Assembly (NCBI GenBank): GCA_963716395.1
Contig: OY970309.1
Coordinates: forward strand, 2,976,001 to 3,040,000
Origin: an uncultured Fibrobacteria bacterium
Lineage (GTDB): Bacteria > Fibrobacterota > Fibrobacteria > UBA11236
DNA length: 64,000 bases
Reading direction: 5' to 3'
Part shown: one piece after another, positions 19,974-29,163 of the stretch
Position numbering within the stretch: position 1 is the stretch's first letter
How the letters are laid out: each line of letters begins with the position of its first letter
The notes under the pieces: model-generated
What the model was told of the DNA's origin: nothing
Databases searched by the model: none
Seen by the model: only the letters and a program-made list of their open reading frames with translations
Program-made: the position numbers and the translations under genes

Positions 19974-20037
19974 CCGTGCGCTGAATTCACCCAGCGCCGC
20001 TCCGCGGTGTCAATCGGTTCGAAATTTTCGCCCGACT

Positions 20038-21069
20038 TCAGGGCCGGGCCGCAGGGGAATGGCCTTCGCTCCAGCCGAGAATTTGCTCCCCCATTTCCAG
20101 ATAGGGGATATACGCTTCAATGCCGGCTTCGAGGCTTTGAATCGGCTGCGCAAATCCGGCCGCGCGGATTTTTCCCATCTCGGCCTGGGTGAAATACTGG
20201 TAGCGGTCGCGCAAGACCTCGGGCATGGGAATGAAATCGATGCGCGGCTCCCGGCCCATGGCCGCAAAGACGGCCTGCATCATATCGATCCAGGTGCGGG
20301 CTTCCCCCGTCCCCACGTTGTATATCCCGCCCGGCCTATGCGGGTCGAGAAAGTGCAAGGTCATATTCAAGGCGTCGTCGATATGTAAAAAGTCGCGCTT
20401 CTGTTCGCCGTCGCGGTAATCGGGGCGATGGGATTGGAACAAATGCACCGCGCCGGTATCCCGAATCTGGGCATGGGCTTTGGCCACCATGCTTTTCATG
20501 TCGCCTTTGTGGTATTCATTGGGCCCATAGACGTTGAAATACTTCAGGCCGACCGCGAAGGCGAAGACGCCGTTCCTGAGCGCCCACAAATCGAAGAGGT
20601 GCTTGGAATAGCCATAGGCGTTCAACGGCCGCAAATGGGGCAGCAAATCGTGCTGATCCGAGTATCCCTGCGCGCCGTCGCCGTAGGTGGCGGCCGAGGA
20701 AGCGTAGATCAGCCGCACCGGATTTTTCTGCGCGCTGCACCAAAGCGCAAGCTGTTTGGTGTATTCGAAATTGTTCCGCAGCAAATAACCGGCGTCGGCT
20801 TCGGTGGTCGCCGAACAGGCCCCGAGATGAAATACGGCGTCGATGCCGGCCGCCTCGAATTTGCCCGCCAACAGGGCCGGCAGAAAATTTTGCTTCTCCC
20901 AATAATCCGCGAAGCGGAGCGGCACGAGATTGCGCCAGCGCGTATCCGGTCCCAAATCATCGACCAGAATCAGGTTCTCGATTCCCATACGGTTCAGACG
21001 ATACACGAGCGCGCTGCCGATGAATCCGGCGGCGCCGGTGACGACATAACAGGGTGTGGCTGTGGACAT
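20038..21069 (-). CDS. hldD: ADP-L-glycero-D-manno-heptose-6-epimerase
   Basis: VTGAAGFIGS, HLGACSATTE, YASSAATYG, PLNAYGYSK, NVYGPNEYHKG, YQYFTQA. Confidence 0.95.
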   Translation of the reverse strand: MSTATPCYVVTGAAGFIGSALVYRLNRMGIENLILVDDLGPDTRWRNLVPLRFADYWEKQNFLPALLAGKFEAAGIDAVFHLGACSATTEADAGYLLRNNFEYTKQLALWCSAQKNPVRLIYASSAATYGDGAQGYSDQHDLLPHLRPLNAYGYSKHLFDLWALRNGVFAFAVGLKYFNVYGPNEYHKGDMKSMVAKAHAQIRDTGAVHLFQSHRPDYRDGEQKRDFLHIDDALNMTLHFLDPHRPGGIYNVGTGEARTWIDMMQAVFAAMGREPRIDFIPMPEVLRDRYQYFTQAEMGKIRAAGFAQPIQSLEAGIEAYIPYLEMGEQILGWSEGHSPAARP

Positions 21070-21125
21070 GGTTCTTCAAAATTATATCCTTTCGCGGAAC
21101 TCGCTCCGGATTTGGAACTGATCGT

Positions 21126-21773
21126 ATGATCAAATCAGAAAAGGCCCGGCGCATCGGCCAAGTGCTGGACCGCTTGTATCCGCATCCCGAAATCCCCCTT
21201 CACCACGACAACCCTTTCACGCTCTGCGTGGCCGTATTGCTTTCGGCGCAGACCACGGATAAGGCCGTGAACAAGGTCACCCCGGAGTTGTTCCGGCGCG
21301 CGCCCACGCCGGCAGCCATGGCGCAGCTTTCGGTCTCCACGATTGCCGCCATGATTCGTACCGTGGGGCTGGCGCCCACTAAAAGTCGCAACCTGCATCG
21401 TCTGGCCCAACTGCTGCTGGAACGTCATGGCGGCCGGGTTCCCGCCGATCTACAAGCTTTGGAAGCATTACCCGGCGTCGGGCATAAAACCGCCTCGGTG
21501 GTCATGGTGCAGGCCTTCGGCATTCCGGCTTTTCCGGTGGATACGCATATCCACCGTTTGGCTGGCCGCTGGAAACTTTCGTCGGGGAAAGACGTCGTGC
21601 AAACCGAAAAGGTTTTAAAACGTCTGTTTCCGCCCGACGAATGGGGCAGGCGCCATTTGCAAATGATTTATTATGGCCGCGAATATTGTCCGGCCCGGGG
21701 GCATGATCCGGCGAAATGCCCTTTGTGCCGGGAATTCGGAGGCAATTCCAAGCGGCCCAATGTCCGGAGATGA
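21126..21773 (+). CDS. nth: Endonuclease III
   Basis: LLSAQTTD, HhH motif LPGVGHKTA, PVDTHIHR; start set at MIKSEK. Confidence 0.95.
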   Translation: MIKSEKARRIGQVLDRLYPHPEIPLHHDNPFTLCVAVLLSAQTTDKAVNKVTPELFRRAPTPAAMAQLSVSTIAAMIRTVGLAPTKSRNLHRLAQLLLERHGGRVPADLQALEALPGVGHKTASVVMVQAFGIPAFPVDTHIHRLAGRWKLSSGKDVVQTEKVLKRLFPPDEWGRRHLQMIYYGREYCPARGHDPAKCPLCREFGGNSKRPNVRR

Positions 21774-21807
21774 GATTAGGGTATTTGGGTTTTAAGTTTT
21801 GTACGAC

Positions 21808-24800
21808 ATGCGACACTTGCGACCATTAGGATTAGGGCGATTCCTGGGCGGGGCGATGTTCTTCGCTCTGCTCTTCGCCGGCCGGGCCGTCGGATTTGAT
21901 CTTTATGAAGTATCGGCGAAGAACCCGCTGGATTCCGTTGCCCTGAAAATCCTGAGCTCTCCCGATGCCGGCTTGCATGTGGTTGCTTTCAACGGCTATC
22001 AAGGCGTCGGCACCTTCGACCTAGAAGGTCTTTCCAACGCCGACACCGTTCAATTCCAACGCGACGCCGTCTCCGATTCGGTGATTGAAGTCGCGGCCGG
22101 TAAGCCTTTCATCACCGTGCGCAATTGGAAAGGGACGCTGCGCCTCCGCAATCTCGCCTTTCACCTCGCTCCGGCGGCGGTCTTGATCGACGGCAACGGA
22201 AGCGGAACGACCGAGCCGGGTACCTTGATTTTGGATTCGTGCCTGATCTTCGCCGATACCCTGGGTTCGAACGCGATGCAGTGGGCGGCCGACACTTCCG
22301 GCGGGCGGCATATCGAAATTAAACGCAGCTATATCGCGGCCGGCCGGGGCGCGGGTGCGCAACTCACCTTGTCGGGGACGACCATCGCGTTTTTCAACAA
22401 CGTTTTGAACTTTTCGGGCGTCTTACAACCCACGGTTTCCAAGAATTTCATCTTTGCCAACAATACGGTGTGCCGCATGCAAATCAACGCCGGCGGATCG
22501 TTTGCCACCGGGCTGTCTCCGACGCAGGGACAGTATTCGGTAATCGGGAATCTGGTGGCTCAGCGGCCGGGGAAGAATTATCTCGGAGCAGGCGCCACCG
22601 CGTCCGATTTCATGGCCTTCACCAATTTCAACGATTCGGGATCGGTGCTGAAGGGCAATGTCATCTACAACCAATGGTCATTTGACTACCCTTCCAATAC
22701 GCGTTTCAGCGCCGATACCAGCAATCACGCCATTTCCGCGTATGCGCAACCCGATACCACCGAGCTGTGGAATTGGGGCTTGACCGGCGACGCCGGGCAT
22801 GGTTTCCTCGCCGGCGATTCGGCGCGGCCCATTCCCTTCAACGTATTTCCCAATGTCACCGACACCGCCCTCACGCTTCCGGACAATACTCCGGCGATCC
22901 TGAGCTTCGACAGTGCGCGCATTCCGCGGACCTTGCGGCCGGCTTTCACCGGGGGCTTATCGCCGGACACGGCGTTTCCCGCCGACCGCTTCGTCTGGTC
23001 AGGAAAACCGGCCTTGACCCTGGGTGGGCCTTTTCAGCTCAAGACGTTGACTTTGGGCGGGCAATCACTTCAAGACGGCAATCCTGTGCTGTTTACCAAC
23101 GGCGGCGCCTCCGGATTCACGGCCCAAGCCGAAGGGGTCATGAACGCCGGTTCGGCGACGGCGGAGTTTACCAACCAAACCGCGGCGGCCACCGCCTTTC
23201 ATGCAGCCTATCGCTGCAATACCTCCCGTGGAACCAATATCGCTCCCACCTATGAAATGGGGTTCACGGCCGGCAGCGATACCTTGAATTTCGGATCGGT
23301 GAGCCGCGCGGGGCGCAGTCTCTGGGCAGCCACCACCATCAATGGTTGGCCGGGCAACATCCGCTCCCTGAACCGCACCATCGGCTATACCACCACGGCG
23401 CTGTTGGCCGCGGGGGCCAAGGTCCTGATCGGCACGCGGCAATTCACCGCGCCCGATCTCCCCGACAGTGTCAAGTACCGCGATGCCACCACCAATGCTT
23501 TGTATCCGGCTCTCGACTCGTCCGGTTGGTTGCTGGCGCGGATTCCGACCTCGTCCTCTTCTTTCGCGGTGTATGCGGTGGAGCATCTTTCGGTGCCGCG
23601 GGGAGATACCTCGACCCTGTTTTCGTTTTCCTGGGGCCAGGTGCGCGCCGTTTCCGATTCGGGGTTTCAACTGCAACTCGATACCGTGTCGAAAAGCCAG
23701 GCCGTCGACACCACCAAATTCGCCTATGGGCAAAAACCCGTGGCCGTCACCTGGCAAGGCAAGGGACCGCATGATTCGATTCAGGCGGTGTTGAACGTCA
23801 CGCCGGATCTGGAATTATGGAAAATTCCGGTCGGCGGAGTTCCGGTGCCAGACACCACGGCCGCACGCAGCGGAAATACCGTACAGATCAATATCGCCGC
23901 CGCGGATTCGGCGGTCGCGTTTTTTTCCGGCCTCAGCCTGAATGTTCCGGCTCCCGTCTTCACCGGCATCGTGAACGGTTTCGAAGTCGACACCTTGCGC
24001 AGTTCCATTTCTTTGCGCCTGACCCTGGGACGCCTGGATACCGCCAATGCCGATACCGTAGCCCCGGTCCGGAACATGCGCTTTCTCGGTGGAGTTTCGA
24101 TCGCCATGCGCCATGCGCATCTCACTTCGTCCTACGCCTTGCGGTTCGCGGTGTCGAAGCCGATGGACGTCGACAGCGCCCAGGCCTGGGTCTACTCCGC
24201 CGGATTGGGGTGGAAAAAAATCAGCGGGCTCGCGTTTTCTTCCGGCCACGACACGGCGCAGGTCGGCGGATTGGATGCGACCATGACCGCCATTCTGGTG
24301 ATGGAGGCCATCGGGCCGCCGGTGGGCATCACGCCCAAGTTCGCGTTTAAAAGTTCGTCGCAGGTCGAGGTTACCAACCAGAGTTCGGCCGGCGGGGCGG
24401 TCACGCAATACCGCGTGGTGACCTACAGCGTCGACGCGCTGGGACATGCCACCACGCAAACCTCGGGGCTCACGCCGCTGGACTCGGCACTGGACCTTTC
24501 CCTCGATACGTTGTCTTATCACGCTTTCACGATTCAGTATTATGTCGGCAATACCCTGGCCGCGGTGCTCGTCCAAGGCGCGCTTCCCGGTTTGACGGTT
24601 TCCAAGTCGGTACAAGACGCCGCGTTTCCGCCCACGCTGCAGCAAGGATGGCAATTGGTTTCTTTGCCGATCAACGACACCTTGCTGCAGAAGGAAATTG
24701 TGACCGTGAATCCCCTCGATACCGATACGGTGGATACGAAGCATGCCTACCGGCTCAAGGAGGCCGGCAGCATCTACTCCTGGGATACGACGTCCGGTTT

Positions 24801-25878
24801 CAATACCGTGACGGTGCATCAAGGGCAAGCAGTGCTGTTTGGCGGCACGCGGATTTACACCTTGCAGCTTACCGCCTCCGTGGCTCCGACCTTGCAGCCC
24901 TTTACTCTGACCGATACGGCCGGCGGCTGGAGGCTGATCGGAAATCCGTTTCCCTTCGCCTTTCCCCTGGCTAAAGTGACCTCCAATCTGGGTGCGTTAA
25001 CCAATTTGGAGCGCCTCACCGCCAGTGGGAAAGCCTCGCAGCGGGCCTACGCCTGGGTGGTGGTGGGCGACAGCGAATCCCTGCAGCCCTTCGGGGGCTA
25101 TGCGTATTTCTTTCAGCCGGGAGAAACGCTGACCTTTGATCCGTTGGCCGCCTCGGCCGCCGCTAAAACGTCGGCCGCCAAAAGCGCGGCGGCCACTCCA
25201 CCCGGCCTGTCGGTGAGCGCCCAAATCCAAGGTGTCGACGTATCGGCCCACCTGTACCCCGCGAGCCGGGGCGACGACATTCCCGTGTTACCGGTTCCGG
25301 GTCTGGCCTATGGCCTGCGTCTGGGTGGAAATCCGGGATGGTGGAGCCAGGGCGTGGAGTGGGGCGGCTTCGAAACGCCGCTGATTCTCACCGCGCCGCA
25401 AGGTGGGATGGCGGACTTGAGTGCCGCGGGAAGCGCGCTGCCGGCCGCCGTGGTGTGGGATTCGCTCTCGGGAGAGGCGTATGACCTTCTCCAACCGCAA
25501 CGCCTCGCGCTGCGTGCGGGAGACAACCGACTCACCTTAATCGGCGGCAGCATCGATTATGTGGCGGCCCGCCTGGGCGCACTGCAATCCATATATTTGG
25601 GAGCCGGTCGGTTCTCGATTTCCGTGCTACCGAATGCCTTGCATTGGCGCTTGGACTTGCCGGCGCGATCGGGCGGATACGATTGGGTGACCCTGTCGCT
25701 GCAAGACATCCAAGGTCGCAGGATTCGGGAAACCGTATTCGGTCGGACCGCCGCGGGAACTTTGCAAGGCGATTGGGATCTCCGCAATTTGCACGGTGGC
25801 ATTTATATCAGCCGCGTGCAGGCCGGCGCGGGCGGCGGCGTCGTCTTCAGGGCCAGCCAGAAGGAGGCGGCGCCATGA
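21808..25878 (+). CDS. Large secreted multidomain protein (about 1,350 aa) with C-terminal sorting domain
   Basis: Signal peptide (..RAVG-F); Thr/Ser/Ala-rich beta-structure, beta-helix-like N-terminus, GWQLVSLP and GWRLIGNPF motifs; tail LQDIQGRRI...GGIYISRV. Start could be 21799, 21808 or 21856. Confidence 0.8.
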   Translation: MRHLRPLGLGRFLGGAMFFALLFAGRAVGFDLYEVSAKNPLDSVALKILSSPDAGLHVVAFNGYQGVGTFDLEGLSNADTVQFQRDAVSDSVIEVAAGKPFITVRNWKGTLRLRNLAFHLAPAAVLIDGNGSGTTEPGTLILDSCLIFADTLGSNAMQWAADTSGGRHIEIKRSYIAAGRGAGAQLTLSGTTIAFFNNVLNFSGVLQPTVSKNFIFANNTVCRMQINAGGSFATGLSPTQGQYSVIGNLVAQRPGKNYLGAGATASDFMAFTNFNDSGSVLKGNVIYNQWSFDYPSNTRFSADTSNHAISAYAQPDTTELWNWGLTGDAGHGFLAGDSARPIPFNVFPNVTDTALTLPDNTPAILSFDSARIPRTLRPAFTGGLSPDTAFPADRFVWSGKPALTLGGPFQLKTLTLGGQSLQDGNPVLFTNGGASGFTAQAEGVMNAGSATAEFTNQTAAATAFHAAYRCNTSRGTNIAPTYEMGFTAGSDTLNFGSVSRAGRSLWAATTINGWPGNIRSLNRTIGYTTTALLAAGAKVLIGTRQFTAPDLPDSVKYRDATTNALYPALDSSGWLLARIPTSSSSFAVYAVEHLSVPRGDTSTLFSFSWGQVRAVSDSGFQLQLDTVSKSQAVDTTKFAYGQKPVAVTWQGKGPHDSIQAVLNVTPDLELWKIPVGGVPVPDTTAARSGNTVQINIAAADSAVAFFSGLSLNVPAPVFTGIVNGFEVDTLRSSISLRLTLGRLDTANADTVAPVRNMRFLGGVSIAMRHAHLTSSYALRFAVSKPMDVDSAQAWVYSAGLGWKKISGLAFSSGHDTAQVGGLDATMTAILVMEAIGPPVGITPKFAFKSSSQVEVTNQSSAGGAVTQYRVVTYSVDALGHATTQTSGLTPLDSALDLSLDTLSYHAFTIQYYVGNTLAAVLVQGALPGLTVSKSVQDAAFPPTLQQGWQLVSLPINDTLLQKEIVTVNPLDTDTVDTKHAYRLKEAGSIYSWDTTSGFNTVTVHQGQAVLFGGTRIYTLQLTASVAPTLQPFTLTDTAGGWRLIGNPFPFAFPLAKVTSNLGALTNLERLTASGKASQRAYAWVVVGDSESLQPFGGYAYFFQPGETLTFDPLAASAAAKTSAAKSAAATPPGLSVSAQIQGVDVSAHLYPASRGDDIPVLPVPGLAYGLRLGGNPGWWSQGVEWGGFETPLILTAPQGGMADLSAAGSALPAAVVWDSLSGEAYDLLQPQRLALRAGDNRLTLIGGSIDYVAARLGALQSIYLGAGRFSISVLPNALHWRLDLPARSGGYDWVTLSLQDIQGRRIRETVFGRTAAGTLQGDWDLRNLHGGIYISRVQAGAGGGVVFRASQKEAAP

Positions 25879-26720
25879 AATACCTACGGCTTCTCGCGCT
25901 CGGAGTGCTGGTTGCCTCGGCGTGGGGGCAAAGCTGTTCTGAAGGCAGCGGCGATTGGGCGATTTTACCCCCGAAAATCGGGTCGCCGAACAATTCCAAA
26001 ACCATGCCCTATGCCCTGCATTGTGACACGATGTTCGTACCCAAAGGCCACACCACCGTGGTCTATCCCGGAGTGTTGCTCTATTTCGCCTTGCCGGAAG
26101 CCACGCACCTAATCCGTGTGCAAGGCACCTTGGAGTTGCAGGGCTCCAAAGACAATTATGTGTCTTCGGCTGGAGGTTTGGACCCGATGCAGGCGGCCCC
26201 CGCGCCGTCAAAAACCACGAGTTGGGCCGGCATTCTCGTCGACCCCGAGGGGAAACTCGTCACCCGTTTCGCGGGGTTTTACGGCGCGGCCACTCCCATC
26301 ACGGCCTTTTCCAATGCAGTTAAAATCGTGAATACCTTTTTCACCGGCGGAACCGGCATCATCAAACCCGACGGAACTTTATACGGTTTGAATCCGCAAT
26401 TCACCGCCATTAACGCCTTGGATTTCTCCGCATCCTCGCCGGAGCAGGCCTTGGCGGCGCCGGATTCTGCCAATCCATCCGCCGCACCGGCCGACACTTT
26501 GACGGCCGCGGAAAAAGCGGCCCTGTTCAAATCTCAACAGGGGGGATTTTGGAGTCACCCTTTGACGTGGGTGGTCGGCGGGGGTGTGCTGTTGGCTTCG
26601 GGTGCCATCGGCTATTACGCCTTAAAGCCGGCGAAAACTCCCGCCATGAATACTACACCACCCGCGAACAACACCCCCGCCACCGTAAGCATGGACCCGT
26701 TGCCCGCGACCGTACCTTAA
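25875..26720 (+). CDS. Exported hypothetical protein with C-terminal membrane anchor
   Basis: ATGA overlap with the upstream gene and AAGGAGG RBS; signal MKYLRLL..SAWG; short beta-helix-like region; TM WVVGGGVLLASGAIGYYAL. Confidence 0.75.
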   Translation: MKYLRLLALGVLVASAWGQSCSEGSGDWAILPPKIGSPNNSKTMPYALHCDTMFVPKGHTTVVYPGVLLYFALPEATHLIRVQGTLELQGSKDNYVSSAGGLDPMQAAPAPSKTTSWAGILVDPEGKLVTRFAGFYGAATPITAFSNAVKIVNTFFTGGTGIIKPDGTLYGLNPQFTAINALDFSASSPEQALAAPDSANPSAAPADTLTAAEKAALFKSQQGGFWSHPLTWVVGGGVLLASGAIGYYALKPAKTPAMNTTPPANNTPATVSMDPLPATVP

Positions 26721-26742
26721 TCCCGCGCCGCCTGGTTCGGCG

Positions 26743-27366
26743 TTAATTTCCCAGGCGCAGTTTTTTTAAGGCATCGCGCAGGCGCATGGCCTCTTCGTAA
26801 TTCTCTTCGTTCACGGCTTTTTCCAGTGCCTGTTGTAATTGTTCGATGGGCGAGAGTGGTGCCGCACCGCTTTCGGCTTTTTCCTCCGGCGCAACCGAGG
26901 GAAACTCTTCGGTGGCGGTTTCTTTGCTCTCCGGTTTCAGAAAGGGCACCGAGGCCGCGGCAAACACGCGCCGGCTCAGAAAAATGGGAGCCTCGAAGCG
27001 CAAGGCCAACGCCATGGCATCGGAAGGGCGGGCATCGAATTCCAATTCTTCCACCTGGGACTTGCTGACATAAACGCGGCCGTAAAAAGTGTTGTCCTGC
27101 AAATCGGTGACTTCGATGCGCGTCACCGCCGCGTCCAAAGCGTCGAGCATGGATTTTAGCAAGTCATGAGTCAGCGGCCGGGGTGAGGCCTGATGGTTCA
27201 AGGCCAAGGCAATGGATTGGGCTTCGTTGGGGCCGATGAAAATGGGCAAGACGCGTTGGGAATCTTCGCCGCGCAAGAACACGATGAACCCCATATTGGT
27301 GATGGAAACGCTGTCGATATGCGCCTCGAAAAAATCGTCGGGATTTTCTTCGGCGGGTTCGCTCAT
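26743..27366 (-). CDS. Bifunctional nuclease family (DUF151) protein with C-terminal UVR domain
   Basis: LPIFIG..EA, PRPLTHDL, DARPSDA; UVR-like A..EENYEEA..LRD; start overlaps the ychF stop. Confidence 0.92.
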   Translation of the reverse strand: MSEPAEENPDDFFEAHIDSVSITNMGFIVFLRGEDSQRVLPIFIGPNEAQSIALALNHQASPRPLTHDLLKSMLDALDAAVTRIEVTDLQDNTFYGRVYVSKSQVEELEFDARPSDAMALALRFEAPIFLSRRVFAAASVPFLKPESKETATEEFPSVAPEEKAESGAAPLSPIEQLQQALEKAVNEENYEEAMRLRDALKKLRLGN

Positions 27367-28466
27367 ACGTTGAAAAGAAAATGCATGATGTCGGCGTCTT
27401 GCACCACGTAGTCTTTGCCTTCGGTGCGCACCAGGCCTTTTTCTTTGGCGGCATGCCAACCGCCGCATTTCATCAGGTCGTCATAGGCCAAGGTTTCCGC
27501 GCGGATAAATCCCTTTTCGAAATCCGAATGGATGACGCCCGCCGCCTGCGGCGCTTTCCAGCCTTTGTGAATGGTCCAGGCGCGGGTTTCGGGTTCTCCG
27601 GCCGTGAAAAAGGTTTGCAGCCCCAACAGGGAAAAGCCCTTGCGAATCACCCGATCCAATCCGCTTTCGGAGAGGCCCATGCTCTTGAGAAACTCTTCTT
27701 TTTCATCCGCATCCAACTCGGCGATTTCGCTTTCAATTTTACCGCTGATGACCACCAAATCGCAATTTTGTCCGGCCGCATAGCCTTGCATGGCGCGCAA
27801 GTGTTCATTGCCTTTTTGAATCTCGTCTTCGCGCAGATTGGCGCAGTAAAACATGGGCTTTAAGGTGAGCAAGCCCAGTTCGCGCACGGCTTCGATTTCT
27901 TCCGGGCTGAGCGCCGCCGTGCGCGCGGGCCGGCCTTGATCGAGAACGGCTTGGATGCGTTCGAGAATTTCCACGCGTGCCTTGGCTTCTTTGCTTTCCT
28001 TGGCGGGCTGGCCGGCGAGTTTGCGATCCTTCTGCAATTTTTTTTCCACGGTATCAAGATCGCGCAGGGCCAATTCGAGATTCACCACGTCGGCGTCGCG
28101 CACCGGATCCACCGAACCTTCGACATGGGTGACGTCGACGTCTTCGAAGCAACGCACCACGTGCATGAGCGCGTCGACTTCGCGGATATGCGCCAGAAAT
28201 TGGTTTCCCAGACCTTCGCCTTTTGACGCGCCTTTGACCAAACCGGCGATGTCGACGAATTGCATCACGGCCGGAACTTCGCGTTTGGGTTTATACATGC
28301 GGGTCAATTCCCGTAGGCGTGAATCCGGAATATTCACCATGCCTATGTTGGGATCCTTGGTGCAAAAGGGAAAATTGGCCGCTTCGGCGCCGGCCGAAGT
28401 CAACGCATTGAAAATGGTCGATTTGCCCACATTGGGTAATCCTACGATTCCGCATTTAAATCCCAT
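27363..28466 (-). CDS. ychF: Redox-regulated ATPase YchF
   Basis: GIVGLPNVGKST, ANFPFCT, DIAGLVKGASKGEGLGNQFL, HSDFEKGFIRAE, EGKDYVVQD. Confidence 0.97.
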   Translation of the reverse strand: MGFKCGIVGLPNVGKSTIFNALTSAGAEAANFPFCTKDPNIGMVNIPDSRLRELTRMYKPKREVPAVMQFVDIAGLVKGASKGEGLGNQFLAHIREVDALMHVVRCFEDVDVTHVEGSVDPVRDADVVNLELALRDLDTVEKKLQKDRKLAGQPAKESKEAKARVEILERIQAVLDQGRPARTAALSPEEIEAVRELGLLTLKPMFYCANLREDEIQKGNEHLRAMQGYAAGQNCDLVVISGKIESEIAELDADEKEEFLKSMGLSESGLDRVIRKGFSLLGLQTFFTAGEPETRAWTIHKGWKAPQAAGVIHSDFEKGFIRAETLAYDDLMKCGGWHAAKEKGLVRTEGKDYVVQDADIMHFLFNV

Positions 28467-28540
28467 GCCACCCTCTTTGCCGTATAGTTTCAAACTTAGA
28501 ACAATGCCGCAGAATTGATTCAAAATCGCAGGCGGGATTT

Positions 28541-28556
28541 TGGCCCGAAAATAGCA
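28541..28556 (+). promoter_or_regulatory. Possible sigma-54 promoter upstream of the VOC gene
   Basis: TGGCCCGAAAATAGCA has the -24 GG / -12 GC spacing. A TATAAT is also present near 28583, so the assignment is ambiguous. Confidence 0.25.
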
Positions 28557-28625
28557 GCGCCGATCCGGGTACTTTATTCAGGTATAATGAAATGTCGGGT
28601 GGCATGACATCAAGCAGGGTTAATC

Positions 28626-29078
28626 ATGGTGAAAGAGAAAATGTGGAAAACCCCGGATATCGTGCCTGAAATCACTTATACCGATTTGGCTCGCGCCATC
28701 GAGTGGCTTCAACGGGTGTTTGGATTTCGGGAGCGTACCGAGGCGCGTCTAAGCTGGCCAGGAGGTGGAAGAGCTTGGTTTGAAGTTGGAGATAGTCTGT
28801 TCAATATCGCAACTCCAGGCCCCGCTCGGCGGCAAAATCCTGAGACACCAGGGCTGATGATGAAAGTCTACGTAGAAGACGTTGACGAACATTTCGCACA
28901 TGCAAAGGCCGACGGGGCGACGATAGTCTCTGAACCCGAAGATGGTTTTTGGGGAGGTCGAATCTATCGAGTGCTCGACCACGAAGGACACCAATGGGAG
29001 ATTTCACAGCGTGGGCGCGATATTGCGGCCGATCGCTGGGAACTGCCCCGGGGAGTTGTGCGCGGGGTGCCGAAGTGA
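28626..29078 (+). CDS. VOC (glyoxalase/bleomycin-resistance) family protein
   Basis: AIEWLQRVFGF, VYVEDVDEHF..A...GA, FWGGR...DHEGHQW. Confidence 0.9.
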   Translation: MVKEKMWKTPDIVPEITYTDLARAIEWLQRVFGFRERTEARLSWPGGGRAWFEVGDSLFNIATPGPARRQNPETPGLMMKVYVEDVDEHFAHAKADGATIVSEPEDGFWGGRIYRVLDHEGHQWEISQRGRDIAADRWELPRGVVRGVPK

Positions 29079-29085
29079 TAAAGTC

Positions 29086-29143
29086 GCCCAACCAACGCGC
29101 CAGCCGACCGCCCAACTGCTGCGCGGTCGAGCGGCGGTTGGGC
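29086..29143 (+). mobile_element. attC-like (59-base element) site
   Basis: GCCCAAC (RYYYAAC) ... GTTGGGC (GTTRRRY), 58 bp, 7 nt after the VOC stop, with degenerate inner L boxes. Could alternatively be only a terminator hairpin. Confidence 0.45.
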
Positions 29144-29163
29144 TTATGCGAAGGCTTCACATT

